Source: Lama guanicoe (taxonomy: Eukaryota). From it: a stretch of 64,000 nt of DNA. The stretch is from positions 93,241 to 157,240 of the forward strand of contig MU053934.1 of the NCBI GenBank assembly GCA_013239625.1, written 5' to 3'. Shown here piece by piece: positions 25,692 to 39,578 of this stretch; position 1 is the first letter of the stretch; the number at the start of each line of letters is the position of its first letter. The position numbers were made by a program, and so were the translations under genes. The notes beneath the pieces were generated by a model. That model was given only the letters and a program-made list of their open reading frames with translations, ran no database searches and was not told the origin of the DNA.

Positions 25692-26619
25692 CATGTATTA
25701 CATACTCAATCAATGTTTTGACAAATGAATAAATTAATTAATCAAATAAACATTGCTGACTCCTAATAATTATCTTTTTAAGTTATAAATGTTTACCATA
25801 TTTTAAATAATTCCCTCAGTTTTTTTTCTTGTTCTAGTTTCAAACTCATTAATATGTATTTCTAGAAGCCCTCTTTTTTTACCGTTTTGGTAAAACTAAG
25901 CAACATTTACCTTCCCCCAGTCTTCCAGCCTAAGTCTCCTCCATCATTTCTTAAAGAGCAGAAATGTCAACTTCATCAACATAAGATACATTTTATTAAT
26001 ACATTCTGTGCCCTGGGATGTAATTATTCTGGTTCTGGGAATTTAAAGCACGTTAAGTGCTCTTTTATTATTATCTTTCATCTTCAGGGGAAGTGTCTGC
26101 TGAAAGATAGCATTTTTACCATTTATTGTTAGAATTATTCCCCTTGGCTGTGAAGCAAAGTAGGAGTTCAATCATTTACTTTTCTCTCTTTCATGTGTTC
26201 ACATTCTAAGATCTGCTTTATGAAGTGAGTCTGTACCTTTCTCTGTTTCCTTTGTAGTATTATTTACAATTTTGCCAGCCACTGCTTTTCCTGGCAATAT
26301 TCTTCTGGTTTCAATAATTTGTCATCATTGTTTGGCTATGATTCCCTCCCTCTTGAGTTTGTACATAGGCTTCTTTTTTATAAACATAGCCCAGGAGACA
26401 CTTTCTAAGGTCATTCCCTTTCTCTGAGAGCCGACTGCCAGATTTAGGGTTTGTGCAAGGTCATCATTCTCCTAGACCATAGTTGACTGGACAAAGGATG
26501 GACCCCTGAGAAATCAGACTCTCTCTCTCTCTCAGGAATTTGGAGCTAAGACTGAATTGGTATTTTCACTTGGGTTGGCTACCTGAATGGAGAGATTGGG
26601 ACCTCCGAGTTTGTGAAAC

Positions 26620-27325
26620 TGATACAGGAAAATGGGGCACGAGCGAATGGCCATGTCCCAGGTCCCAGGTGAGTCCCTGGGACATGCCCCGTCAAGTGAG
26701 GGTCCTTGGCCTTGCACAGGAAAGAAATCAAGAGTGAGCTATAGTTGAGTAAAAGATTTATTCAGAGAGATGCACTCTCCATAGACAGAATGTAGGCCAT
26801 CTCCGAAAGCCAGAGAGACCACGAGGTCTTGGGATGGTTGAAGAAAAAGAAGATGCACCCTACATAGACAGAGTGTGAGCTGTCTCTGAAGGCACAAGAG
26901 GGTGACAGAGGGGCCTAGATGATAAACATTTCACAGGCAGAATGTGGGCCATCTTACTCAAAAGGGATAGTGGCCATGAAGTGCTGGGGGGGTTAGTTTT
27001 TATGGGCAGGGTAATTTCACATGCTAACAAGTGGGAGGATTATTCCAACTAGTTTGGGGGAGGGGCTGGGATTCCCAGGAATTGGACCATCACCCACCTT
27101 TTGACCTTTTATGGTCAGCCTTGGAACTGTAGTGGTGCCTGTGGGACTGCCATTTAGCATGCTATTGTATTACAATGAGCGTATATGAAGGGCAAAGTCT
27201 GCTGGGAGTCAAATCTCCTGCCATTTTGGCCCTCAAGTTCTACTGGGAGTTGAACTTTTGCCGTCTTATTGCTAATTGTGTTATTCTTTTAGTGGTTATG
27301 TCCTGCCCTCTTCCCTCCTATCTCG
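26620..27325 (-). mobile_element. ERV1-type solo LTR inserted in an older MLT-like element
   Basis: tgatacagg start, tttatt at about 26757-26762, degenerate flanks aaac/aaat. Confidence 0.65.
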
Positions 27326-28338
27326 AAATGGAGGACATTGGACTGTACACAGTGAGTTGGTAAGAGAGGAGAATGGACAAATCATAGAATGAATGAGAGA
27401 CAGTGAATCAAGGAGATGAACTCCTGATGACTTTCCAGGTCCTAGCCAATCAGGGCAGCATTCTTTTTTGAAATTCCAATCTGTGTTCTTGCTTGTCCCT
27501 GCTCCCATTTCCTTGACTGTCCATGTTACAGGGCAGAAGGCAAGAGCTGCTTGAAGAACACAGAGAAGCAGTGCGGGGCTGTGGGTGAGAGCATGTGTTC
27601 TTGAGCCAGGCCATCTGGTTTAGAAGGATCTTGCACCACTTCCTGGCTGTGAACCTGGGTGGATGACTTACTCCCCCTGTTGTCCCATCTGTAAAATAGG
27701 GGTAACACTGCCTATCTCATACAGTTAGTGTGACAGTTAACTGTAAGTATAATATCCTTAGAACAATTACCATCATGTCATAAAGGAACTGATAAGTATG
27801 TGCAAGTTATTTTTATTATCTTAATTTTTTCCCAAAGCCTGAAATTATTTGAAGAGCAGGACTATAAGCCCCTAGGGGTGATGAGGGAGTTGGAGGACAT
27901 AGTGTGTGTCAGGTGGAGCAGACCAGGTAGAGGGTAGAGATTAGGATGGCCTGGAAGAGCAGTGCTTCATGCCAAACTCTGAAGCAGTGTCTGAGAATGG
28001 ACCGACCCACAGAGGGAAGGGCTGCCTCCTGAGTCTGAAGCAGAAGCAGGACTCTGCTCCCAGCTTCACCGGAGCTCCCCGTGCTCAGAGGATGGCAGGG
28101 ATGTCAGACTGCTAGCAGCTTCCCAGTTTCCATTCTTTCCTTCTTCTTGAAGAAAAGAATGCTAAATTTTATCTGGCCATCCATGTAAAAGTGGCTGGAT
28201 TTTTTTTTGAACATGAGAGGGAAAACAGACTTCTATTTTAAGCCATTGTTATTTTTGTACACAGCCATATTGATTTCTATCTGATTCAGCAAGAAGATAA
28301 CTGAGCTTCCAGACCTGAAGTACAGACTAGGATGATAG

Positions 28339-28393
28339 AGAAAATGACTAGAACAATGGGAGAAATGACTCGGACAATGGGAAAAATGGAACA
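28339..28393. repeat. ~21-bp imperfect tandem repeat (about 2.5 copies)
   Basis: gaaaatgactagaacaatgg / gagaaatgactcggacaatgg / gaaaaatggaacaa. Confidence 0.8.
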
Positions 28394-29745
28394 ACAGATG
28401 GAAACTGAGACTTGCTGACCAGAGACTGGAGAGACTTCCACTATTCTCTGGTGCCCCTTGGACAAAGGTGGGCAAGATGTCCCCAAATAACCAAGATTTT
28501 ATATCCCTTCAACCTGGCAAAATGAATCACACCAAGGTGTACGCTGATACAGTATTTCTTGCATATCTGAGTTTATTGTTTGAGATTCAAGACCACTAGA
28601 GAGCCTTAGCTGCCCTTGGATTTTGTGATTTATCCCAGAATCCTTTTTAATATATTCTCTTTATTTGGTTTTTCTAAAGTTAATTCAAAGTGATTTGGTA
28701 CTCGCACCCCAAAGGGCCCCACCTAAGACACAGACCCTACGTCGGCAGCCACGTTAATTTCTTAAGGTGTCTCTTTCTTTCATCTCTGGCTAAGAATATT
28801 TTAAATTGTATTGTCAGATTTCATTTTTAGGATCTTCTATCTTAGCTGCTTTTTGGAAGAGTCAGTTCCTGGGATCGGGTCTATTTTTTTTCCTTTTTGC
28901 CTCACATTTGACATCCGCATTATCAAAGATTATAGCCCGGGGAGATGGGTGGAGGGGCTTCCTCCCTTCACCCTATGCTGACTTGTTTCTTTCAGTTCAT
29001 TGTCATTTCCAGACAAGCACTCAGTGGTTCCTTATTGATCTAAATCAAGTCCAGAATGGCTGTTCTTGCTGCTTCCTCTGCCAGCTGAGCAGGCAACTGT
29101 CAGCAAGGCAAGTCAAGAATTTATCAGCTGTAATTCTTCCAGCAGAATTAATCTACTGAGAGATGCGTGGCTCTTTTCATCTTTCAAATATGGTTTTTAC
29201 ACATCTAGAGGACAAGGGAAGAGATTCGTAGGCATGGTGTGGATAACACCTATGGGGACTGCCTTTGTTAGTTAAACCTTTCACAGATCCCGGGCGTTCT
29301 TGGAAATTGGTTGACTGTTAAAACAAACTGAAGCCAAACCCTGGAGAGAAGTAGCTGGAAAGAACACAGAAATAAGCACCAGGAGTGGGAAACTCAAAAC
29401 CCCTACTTTACCACTGATTGACTCTGTGATCCTATACAAGCCACTCTAACTGGCCGGGTTGTACTCTTTCCATGTAAAAGGGAGATAGCTATCTCTCTTC
29501 TGGAGAGCTTACAAAATTGTCTGGTGCCAGTGCTTAGAAACATCAGCAAGTTCTGTTGAAGTGTATAGTATTATCATTATCTTAATGTGCCCCAAACCCC
29601 AGCCACCAACTCCCATATGAAATCTTGTTCCAGCCACAGAAAAGGAGGGAGAGGAAAGGAAACTAGCATCTATTGAACACCAAGTAGGCACCAAGCACTA
29701 TGCTAAGGATATTGGGTGTGCATTTTCATTTAACTTTCCCATCAG

Positions 29746-30465
29746 TGTTGCCGAAACACGGCCTCCATACCCTGCTTACTGAATTGAGGCTCGAGGACAG
29801 AGTTTTGGATGAAGTAGAAAAGGCAGCTTTATTTCTTTGCCAGGCAAAGGAGGTCATAGTGCACTAATGCCTGTAAGGCTGTGAGCCTACTGGGGAGAGA
29901 AGGCAGGGCGCTTTATAGTAAAAGTTCAAAATTTCAAGGGGCAGAGCTAGTTTCCTTAGAGATTGCATATAGGGTAACACATTTTTGCAAAGTTATTCTT
30001 GTTTTTGCAGGTACAGCAGTCCCCTTCCCTCTGCTGGTTATGAAGTTCACCTCCAGCATTGGGACTCTCTTAACATTCTTGTACCTAGAAAAAAGGATGC
30101 ATAGGAAGGGACTCCATGGAAAAGAGCTCTAGAGAAAACTCATGCAGTTTAAAGCCAGGTTGATAAATGCTTTTAGCCTTTTAAGCAGGCTAAGGCCTGC
30201 AGCTCAAACAACAGGATACAAGGAAACCACAAGGAGTCAGGAGCAGGGCACTGGGGGCAAAAGCAGGGAACTGAGCATGATCCCTGCATACAACACCAGC
30301 ACCACAAGGGGGTTGGGAGGGTCACCCAAGCCTCCCTCCTCTCCAGCCTAACCCTGGTCAGCAAGAGCATGAGAAAAATCCCTTAAACCATTATACAGCT
30401 AAGCAGTTACAATCATTGCAGATATCAGATGGTCACTGATGCCAAGAGGGTCCTGCTTGGTTACG
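29746..30465 (-). mobile_element. ERV1-type solo LTR inserted in a MIR
   Basis: tgttgccg...ggttacg with gctttattt (minus-strand AATAAA). Flanks tcag/ttag. Confidence 0.7.
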
Positions 30466-31330
30466 TTAGCCCAATGCTTCATATATTAAGGTATATTTCT
30501 GTGTTCACTTTGCAAACAAGGTTCTGGGAATTTAAGCAATTACTTGCTCAAAGTCTTATAATTGATAACTTTCAGAGACAAAATTTAAGGTCTGCATTTA
30601 CACCAAAGCTGGTGCATATTTATATATCCTATACACACAGAGGCCATTGGACAGGGAGGTGAGGAAATGAGTAGTTGGAATCCCAAGGTTATCTTTTTTA
30701 TGACATATATTTTTGTTTCCTTCAGTAATTGCAGTATCTTTATGGCATGACATGAATTTATGGAAATGGAACTCCAGGGAATTTACAGCTGTAGCGAATA
30801 TAAGCTCAATTTACAATAACTAATTTTTCAACTGTCATCCAGGAACTCAGGCCTTCAGTTCATGTCAGTCCTCTACCCAAAGCCCTGCAATGGTTTCTTA
30901 TCCCACTGTCAGTGAAAGCCAGAGTCTCACAGCAGCTTCCCTGGGCCCTGTGTGTTCGTCCCCTCCCATCCTTACTTCCTGGTCCTCAGTGCTTATCACT
31001 CTTCCCCAGCCCACTCTGCTCCAGCCCTCCTTGTCTTCTTACTAATCCTCTAGGCTGCCAAGGATTCTGCTGCCCCTGGGCCTTTGCACCTGCTGTTTTG
31101 TCCTACCTGACTGCTCTTGCTCTTTCCCAGAGGTCCACACATCTTACTCTCTCACTTCAAGTCTCTGAACTTATCAGCGAGGTCTTCCCTGACCATCCTT
31201 TGACATTACAGATACCCTCTCTCCCAGCAGCCTTTCCACATCTTTAAGAAGCACCTTTTTCCTTGCCATAAGGAAGAAACAGAATTTCCTAGGAAATAAC
31301 ATTTCTCCCTTGAAGACGCAGAAAGTCTTT

Positions 31331-31784
31331 TGTCAACTGGAAGGGAAAAAAAAGCACAACATAAGAGTTGTGAGTTAAGTTTTATTTGGGGCAAAATGAG
31401 GGCGATAGCCTGGGAGATGCATCTCGGACAGCTCTGAGAAACTGCTCCAAAGAGGCAGGGAGGAACATCAGTGTTATCTATGATTTTAGTGACGGGGGCC
31501 TGTACAGTCAAGCAGACATTCAGGCAGACTCACAAGGAGCAGGTGTCACCGTCAATGATTTTAGTGCTTTTCTAAATATGAGGGGATGCAAGAATTTAGG
31601 CTCATAAAATCTCCTGAAAATATCTATCTGCAGGCCTGTTCCACCAGTTTTCTCAGAGCACAGAGTGCCTCATTCCTGATCTCCACCCTGAACCCTTTCA
31701 GGATGTATTGAAGGTCAGTGGCTGCAGTGGCTCATGACTTCATCCTTGTAGAAGTGGATGGCAAGTACCAATTTTTACTTGGCA
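31331..31784 (-). mobile_element. ERV1 solo LTR related to the 25255-25691 copy, inverted
   Basis: tgtcaactg..gcacaac is the reverse complement of gttgtgc..cagttgaca. Shared ctccaaagaggca and gtggctgcagtggct. Flanks cttt/cctt. Confidence 0.8.
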
Positions 31785-32959
31785 CCTTCAACAGCCCTTG
31801 TCAGCATGGGACCAGGAACAGCTTTAGAAAGCACTACAATAAATTCTTCCATTTTACAGATGAGGAAAGGAAGGCTCAGAGAGGGGGAAATGATATGTTT
31901 GAGAATGAGAAGCTGGGCAGAGATGGGTCTGAAGAGAGAATGCAAGTTCATTCATGTATTTAATCATCTAACAAATATCTATTTAGGACACACTACATGT
32001 TACAATCTTGAGTTACTCTGGTGAATATAACCAGTGTCAGTTCTTACCTACCGCTAGAGCCTACAGCCCTATCAGCCTTATGGGACAAGTCATTATATAA
32101 ACAAATGAGAATTCAGCTGTGACAGGTGTCACAAGGGAGAAGCACTTGGTGCTGTGAGAGCATTGTCTGGGGGTTTGACTTGAGCAGGGAGTTCAGTGAA
32201 CACTTTCTTGAGGGAATGGTGCTAGAGCTGAGAACTGAGGGATGAGTGACAGGTAGCTGATGGAGGAGCCAAGGGCCTTTCAGGCAGTTAGGGAGAGTGT
32301 GGTCTGAGATGAGGTGAGGAATGGAGGTGGAGGTTAGAGTCTGCAGCACTCTATAAGCCATGATAAGAAATTTTATCTTTATCCTAAGAAATACCGAAAG
32401 GTTTATCTGATTCCTATTTCCATTGCTTACCCCTAGTCGCACTGTCAAATAATGTTAAGGATAAGTAATAGAGGAGGCAAATTCAATTTCTATTTATGTC
32501 CATGAACCACCCAAAGGGCAAAAAAATAAACTTGGAAAGACATTCCTTCCATCCCTTGCCACATCCTATTTTCCTGGCCACCTAGGCAGTCAAATGCCTC
32601 CTGTTTCTCTGCAAGCCTGGTTTGTGTGTGCACTTTACACGTGCACGATGTCTTGATATTCCTGGTGCAGGGATAACCAAGCTTTATTCTAGTTAATTTC
32701 GTTTATTTCCAAGTAATTTATCCACCTGGGTTATTTGATCCGCAATTACTTTCTGTCGGGGTGCCCAAAATAACGGCCGTCCCAACTTCTCAATGCAGTG
32801 CAGTTGCATGGTATTGCATGATGGTCATGCAACGTCTCCTGGTGTTATGAAGTCCCACTCTCTGGTTCCAGAATGTAGAGAAGACCCAGGGCTCCATTCT
32901 TAGCCACTCTGAAGGTTTGTGATGTAACCTGCTTGCTTGGTTAAATATTGCTCATCAGT

Positions 32960-33430
32960 TAAGAATCATGTCCTTCTGGCATCTGGGGACTTTGCTGACC
33001 CTGGAGTGACTGTCCCTCTCAGAGCTAGTTTCCATATGCAAATCAGCCAGTCCAAAGCTCACATCCCTGCCACCTCTTACACTGTAAGCCACTTCTCTGC
33101 TCCAGTCACTGTAGGGCCAGGTACCAGACAAGGAGATAAGCCCTTACCCCAGAGCCGACAAACTATTCACACTGGCCAGTCCTGAGCCTGCCTAGCGTGC
33201 CTCACCCATTCCTTCCCCTGGAAGAATAATGGCTCTTACTTACACTTTCCTCCTCCTCCTTCTGCCTCCTGGCCAATCCTGGTGCTTCCCTGTGTGTCCC
33301 AGCATGGTGTGCTGAGCCCCCTCCTCTTGGGAACACTGGCTAACAAACCCTCTTTTCAATGACCATCATCTCCTGATCTGTTGGCCTCATCATTCCTGAA
33401 TAATAATCAAACCAACATTTTAAGACCTCT
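32960..33430 (+). mobile_element. Old LTR (ERVL, MER73/74-like)
   Basis: catatgcaaatcagccagtcc...gggccaggtaccagac...ccccctcctcttgggaac. Confidence 0.5.
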
Positions 33431-34076
33431 TCCTCAGACTCTTCTTTCATTCCTTTCTGAGAAATCCCATGTGAAATCACTCGTGTCTCCTTGGGCTTGT
33501 GCTAGTGGACAGGCACGAGCTCTGGAGCCTGGCAGACCTGAGTTGACACCCCAGCTGCAAGACTGCGGGCCTCTTGCGTCACCTCCTTGACCCTTTCTTC
33601 CCGTGCACAAAAGTGGGGATCGTAGCATCTGTGTCACAGGGCTGGTTGAGGATTAAATGAGATAGCACAGGAGCCAGTACATGGTGGCTGCTTCGTGCAC
33701 ATTAGTCCCCTCCTCCCTTCAGCAGTCTAGAGCCACCTTTGCTGTCTGCGTTCTGTCGACTCATTTTTGGTTTTTTGTTCAGTCAACCAGGAATCTTGAA
33801 GAGAATCCATGGATGATTTATTATAAGCTTTTCAACCTTTGCTTTCTTTATTTGTCAACCTCCAGCATACCAGAGCCTTTTCTTTTCCCCTTTGTAAAGC
33901 CCCTGCCGATGCTGACAGTGTCTGAGAGTGGGTTTTTGATGAACCGCTTGGATCCAGCACTCACTCCAGCTGCTTCTCTCACGCCAATGGCTCATCAAAG
34001 GGTTATCCCAAGATCACGGGCCTTGGAGCCAGGCCTGGGTTCCAGCGCTGACTCTGCTTCTTATGTAGACCTGGGC

Positions 34077-35745
34077 TTTCTTTTTTTTTATTGAAGTATA
34101 TTTGATTGACAATTTTGTGTTAGTTTCAGGTATACAGCAAAGTGATTCAGTTATACTTATATATATATATTTTTTCTTTTTATTACAGGTTATTATAAGA
34201 TATTGAATATAGTTCCCTGTGCTTTATAATAGGACCTTGTTTATCTATTTTATGTATAGTAGTTTGTATCTGTTAATCCCAAACTCCTAATTTATCCCTC
34301 CACCCTCCCTTTTCCCCTCTGGTAACCATAAGTTTGTTTTCTATGTCTATGAGTCTATCTCTGTTTTGTGAGTAAGTTCATTTGTATCACTTTTTAGATT
34401 CCACATATAAGTGATATCATATGATATCTGTCTTTCTCTGTCTGACTTACTTCACTTAGTATGATAATCTCTAGGTCCATCCATGTTGCTGCAAATGGCA
34501 TTAGTTCATCCTTTTTATGGCTGAGTAATATCCCATTATATATATACATCACAAATTCTTTATCCAATCATCTGTCGATGGACAGATTTCTTCCATGTTT
34601 TGGCTATTGTAAACAATGCTGCTATGAACACTGGGGTGCATATATCTTTTCAAATTAGAATTTTCATCTTTTCTGGATATATGTCTAAGAGTAGGATTAC
34701 AAGATCATATTGGTAACTCTATATTTAGGTTTTTAAGAAACCTCCATACTGGCCTCCATAGTGGCTGCACCAATTTACATCCCCACTAACTGTGTAGGAG
34801 GGTTCCTTTTTCTCCACACCCTTTCCAGCATTTATTTTTTGTAGACGTTTTGGTGATGGCCATTGTGACCAATATGAGGTGATACCTCACTATAGTTTTG
34901 ATTTGCAATTCTTGAATAACTGGTGATGTTGAGCATCTTTTCCTGTGCCTGTTGGCCATCTGTAGGTCCTCTTTGAAGAAACGTCTACTTAGGTCATCTG
35001 CCCATTCTTCTATTTAATTTTATTTTTTTATATTGAGCTGTATAAGTTGTTTGTGTATCTTGGAAATTAATCCCTGGTTGGTTGCATCATTTGCAAGTAT
35101 TTTCTCCCATTCTGTAGCTTGCCTTTTTGTTTTGTTTATGGTTTTCTTTGCTGTTCAAAATTTATAAGTTTAATTAGGTCTCATTTGTTTATTTTTATTC
35201 TTATTTCCATTACTCTAGAAGATGGATAAAAAAAATTATTGTGGTTTATGTCAAAGAGCATTCTGCCTTTGTTTTCCTGTAGGAGTTTTATGGTGCCTAG
35301 TCTTATATTTAGGTCTTTAATCTATTTTGAGTTTATTTTTGTATATGGTGTAAGAGAATGTTCTAATTTTATTCTTTTACAGGTAGCTGTCCAGTTTCCC
35401 CAGCATTACTTATGGAAGAGACTGTCTTCATTGTATATTCTTACAACCTTTGTTGTGGTTTAATGGACCATGAGTGCGTGGGTTTATTTCTGGACTTTCT
35501 ATCCTGTTCCATTGATCCATGTGTCTGTTTTTGTGCCAGTACCATACTGTTTTGATGACTGTAGCTTTGTAGTATAGTTTGAAGTCAGGGACGGCAATTT
35601 CTCCAGTTCTGTTGATTTTTCTCAAGACTGTTTGGCTATTTAGGGCTTTTTGTGTTTCCATACAAATTTTGAAATTATTTGTTCTAGTTCTGTGAAAAAA
35701 TGACATTGGTAATTTGGTAAGTATTGCATTGAATCTGTAGACTGT
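34077..35745 (-). mobile_element. 5'-truncated L1 (~1.7 kb) inserted in a MIR
   Basis: ORF2 remnant 35428-35760 ([37 protein letters not shown]). acctgggc on both sides (34069-34076, 35751-35758). Confidence 0.92.
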
Positions 35746-37599
35746 GTATAACCTGGGCACTTTGGTTAACCACTCTAAGCTTTAAATTCCTCACTTGTAA
35801 AATCAGGATAAAAATGTGCACGCTGCCTGTATGCCAAGCTTGTTTTGTGAGTTACATGGGACGATGCATATGAAAAGTATAAAGTGATGTAACATCAGGA
35901 AGGACTATAATTAAAAATACTAGAGGCAACTGGGGTTGGCCCTCTGTTTTTCCTCTTCTGTGTATCTTGTACTTCCCTCTGTACTTCCTGGCAGCCCTAT
36001 ATCCTGTCACCATCCATCCCATCTCTTCTCCCTCCCACCCCTCTCCGCCTGGTGGCTTTCAGACTCCAGCCCTAAGGACCTTCTTTCTGCATTCTTGCAA
36101 GGATTTGTAGAGGAAACATCTGTGAAAGGGGCAGAGAAAACCATAGGGAACATAAAAGGAAAAGAAAGGATCAACTTTGTGTGTGTATGTGTGTGTGCAT
36201 GCATGTGCAGGTGTGTACACTGACTGTGTCCCAGGTACTGTCTCATGTAAACTTCTTAGCCCTGGAAGGTAGATCCTTAGTGTCATCACTTAACAAATGA
36301 GGACATGGAGTCTCAGAAAAGTACAATTACTCACTGGGAAGTGGCCCATCCTTGATGCAAAATGAGAATTTTTTGAGTCTGAGCTCTTGACTACTTATAT
36401 ATATCTCTTGCTCCCCAGGCACTAAATATTTATTGAGCATCTACTAGGTGCTGGGCACAATGCTTGGTGCTGGGATACAGTTTCTTTCTAAAGGAAAACA
36501 ATTTCCTAAGGACCACCTTCAGATCACATTATAAAAATGACCTCCTTCAGCCAGTACAGGGAGGAAACACCTGCCTTGGAGCCAGTACTTGGTGTTCATT
36601 TCTTCTCACAACTGACACTGATGGTTTGTGTGTCCATCCTCTGCAGCAAACAGGGAGCTCCTGCTCATGCCTTCTTTCAGTGCCTGTGGGGCTGAATGTT
36701 TGTTGTTGCCTTTGATTAAGAAAAAAGGAACCCTTCCCCCACCCCCCACCCCCCCAGGAAGAGAATGAACACAAGGGAACAAGAGAAAAGTTGGTTACGG
36801 AAGAGCTCGGGGGTAAAGATGTCTGGGATAGAAGGGAGAGACTTCTCCTTTTAGAAACATCAGTGTTTTCAAAATAAAGTGTTAGTGTCCAGTCCATGTG
36901 GGTACCATACCTGCATTGCCCAAGCCTGGCATCACCCAAAGTGAGAGCCGTACCATCTCTCAGATATCTTGGAATGTGCAGCAAGCGTGTCCTGAGCTCG
37001 CCTTTGTGTGCCGGACAGTGTGCCAGGGATGGGACGCGGTGATGCCCCCTTCTCCCGAGGAATGTCCAGTCTAGCCTGGGGGATGGAGATCCCCTAGCAG
37101 GGATGGCGACCACTTGGTTGTGCCAACTGGAGGTTCCTCCATGTGATGTTGTCACTGATTCTTTCACAGCTTTTCTTCCATTTTATCTTCTGTCTTGATG
37201 AAGGTTTTGCAACGTCTAAACTCCCAGAGAACAAGGAGAATTGGAACTTCTGGAAGTGCTCTGGGTTCTGTCTTAGACCCTCTTCTGTGTCTACATTCAC
37301 TCCTAAGGTGATCTCAGGGTATGGCTGACCGAAGGCATTGGGACCATTTTTCTGTGTCCCAAATTCAAATTGTGATTCAAAAGTGGCTCCCAGAGAATGT
37401 GTGAAAAGGGTTATTTCTTTTATTAAAAAATACAAAAAAGAAAAAAAATGAACCAAAGCCAAGACATAATACAAAACAAAATGAAAGAAGGATTAAAAAA
37501 CCAAATAAACCCGAACAAAAACTCAAGGCAGTAGTTGGTTCTAGAATTTCAGTGAGGTCACTATGTATCCGATGTCCTGTCAGCGTGCCCAGGTGTGAA

Positions 37600-37997
37600 G
37601 GAAATGAGATGAGAGTCTGTCTTAGCAGGGTGGAGGGAGAGGTTTCCCCGCTGGCTCTGAAGGAGTAAATCACCATGTGGTGGAGAGAGCCACGTGGCAG
37701 GAAAGGGCAGGTGCCCCCTGGGAGCTGAGGAGGGCCCTGAGCCAGCAGCCAGCGAGAGAGTAGGGCTCTCAGCCCTGCAGCCACAAGGAACCGAGTTCTT
37801 CCAGCAGCGAACTTGGAAGAGGAGCCTGAGTTCCAGGTGAGAAACAGCACAGCTGGCACCTGACTGCAGCCTGGTGAGACCCTGATCAGAGGGCCCAGCT
37901 AACCCACCGCTGGACTCTTGACCCATGGAAACTATTAGATAACATGTGTATGTTGGGTTAAGCCACCTAGTTTGTGGTAAGTTGTTATATATTAATA
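37600..37997 (+). mobile_element. MLT1-like MaLR LTR
   Basis: ccacgtggcaggaa...cctgcagccacaaggaac...ttaagccacctagtttgtggtaagttgttat. Confidence 0.8.
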
Positions 37998-38084
37998 GAA
38001 AATGGATACCCCACCCCCAAAATATTGAATGCACAATGAGGGATCTGTTATAATTACATGCTGTTTCATCCCTGGTCAGGGATG

Positions 38085-38330
38085 CCATAAAGCACAGTGG
38101 TCAAGAGTGTGAACCCTGGGCCAAACTGCCTGGGTTCATATTCCAGCTTTGCTACTTACTGTGTGACTTTGAGCAAATTACTTAACCTCCCTGTGCCTGA
38201 ATTGCCCCTTTCTGAGATGGGTCTAGTGATAGTACCTACCTTCGATTACTACTTAAACTTACTACTGAACTCACTACACACAGAATACTTAGAACTGTGA
38301 CTGGTATGTAGCAAGGACCACCCCAGTGCT
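38085..38330 (+). mobile_element. MIR SINE
   Basis: tgtgtgactttgagcaaattacttaacctccctgtgcct. Confidence 0.8.
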
Positions 38331-38661
38331 TTCTGACATTATCATCAAGTCAAAACCAAAACAATTTGTGTTCAGAGATACAGGAGATCTACTGCTCCAC
38401 ATTGTAGACATAGAAACTGAGCTCCCGAGAGAGAGGAGGTGTTTTGTTCAAGGTCAGAGGCGTGGTTCTAAATTTGCAAACTACCTTTAATCCTGAAGGT
38501 AAAGGCTTTTGGAATCCACAGGCTTAAAGTCATATTGTAACCTATTCACGGGGAAATCAAGTCTAAATCAGGTTCAAGAAAAACAGGACAGTTTCAGGCC
38601 TCTCCATGCTGGTAAACAAGTTTGCCTTCTTGTTCTCCAGGCTAGTGATGTCCTCCTTCAG

Positions 38662-39090
38662 GTGGGACAGAAACTCTCTCCTTGATCAAACCTTATTCCG
38701 GCTGCTCAGAGCCTTCTCTTCAAGTAGGTCCCCTTCCTGCCTTTGGGCAGCCCAGCGCAGTCTTAGCAAAGAGTCCTCCTATGTCCATTTGGTAAGAACC
38801 ATCCCACCGCACTGTTGATATCTGATCAAATTCTTCACCCCCTACCTTTTGATGAGGAAGTCCTTGATCGCCTTCACCCAGAATCCTGCTAAGTGGGTTT
38901 AGCAAGAATCCCCCAACGCTTGCCTCCTCTTAGTCATTTTCCATCCACCAGTCCCCTCCATTCTGCCTGTTGTCTACAAATCTCCCCTGTACTCAGAGTT
39001 GAGCCCAGTCTCTCCCCACTGTCGCACCTGTCTTGACAGCTACAGCAATAGTCTTGAGTCAATCAATACTTTTTCTTTACCAGTTGTCAT
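38662..39090 (+). mobile_element. ERV1 LTR (MER31-like)
   Basis: ctctccttgatcaaacc...gatatctgatcaaattcttcacccc...agcaagaatccccc...gttgagcccagtctctcccc. Confidence 0.6.
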
Positions 39091-39429
39091 CTGCCTTGGA
39101 GAGTGAGGGAGTACCCTTCTCCAGGCTCCCATCACACCCTGGGCTTCCTCTCCCTTTATCCCCCTGTACAATGTTACCATTCATACACCTCTCGGCCTTG
39201 CCCACTGGACTGGGGGTCCGTGAGGGCAAGACCTATGTCTTACTCGTCTTTGAATTATTACCACTTGGCACAGAGGCTGAACCTTAATAACTGTTTTTTT
39301 TTAAGTGAACCAATCACTTGCTTAAGTAGGGGGTTTTCTGCAGTCTCTAGTGGAACTGCTGGACATGCTGTCAGGGCTGCACAAATGTTTGGAAAGAGCT
39401 GACTGAGTCTTAAAGGTGTGAAGAGACCC

Positions 39430-39578
39430 TATTGTGTGTGGTCTGTTGACCAGCAGCGTCTGTACCACGTGGCAGTTTGTTAGAAATGCAGACTCCCAGG
39501 CTGTACATACTGAATCAGAGTTTGATAAGATCCTCACAACTGATTCATATGCACATTAAAGTTTGAGAAGCACTGGTA
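39430..39578. mobile_element. MER5A-like hAT element
   Basis: ttgttagaaatgcagactc...ctgaatcaga...tgcacattaaagtttgagaagcactg. Confidence 0.8.

Noticed and set aside
25255..31784. Possible provirus bounded by two related LTRs
   Set aside because: The LTRs are inverted, have separate flanking duplications, and there is no gag/pol/env between them.
36547..38088. Long minus-strand ORFs (206, 160 and 175 aa)
   Set aside because: No recognisable protein similarity, and two largely overlap an MLT1 LTR.
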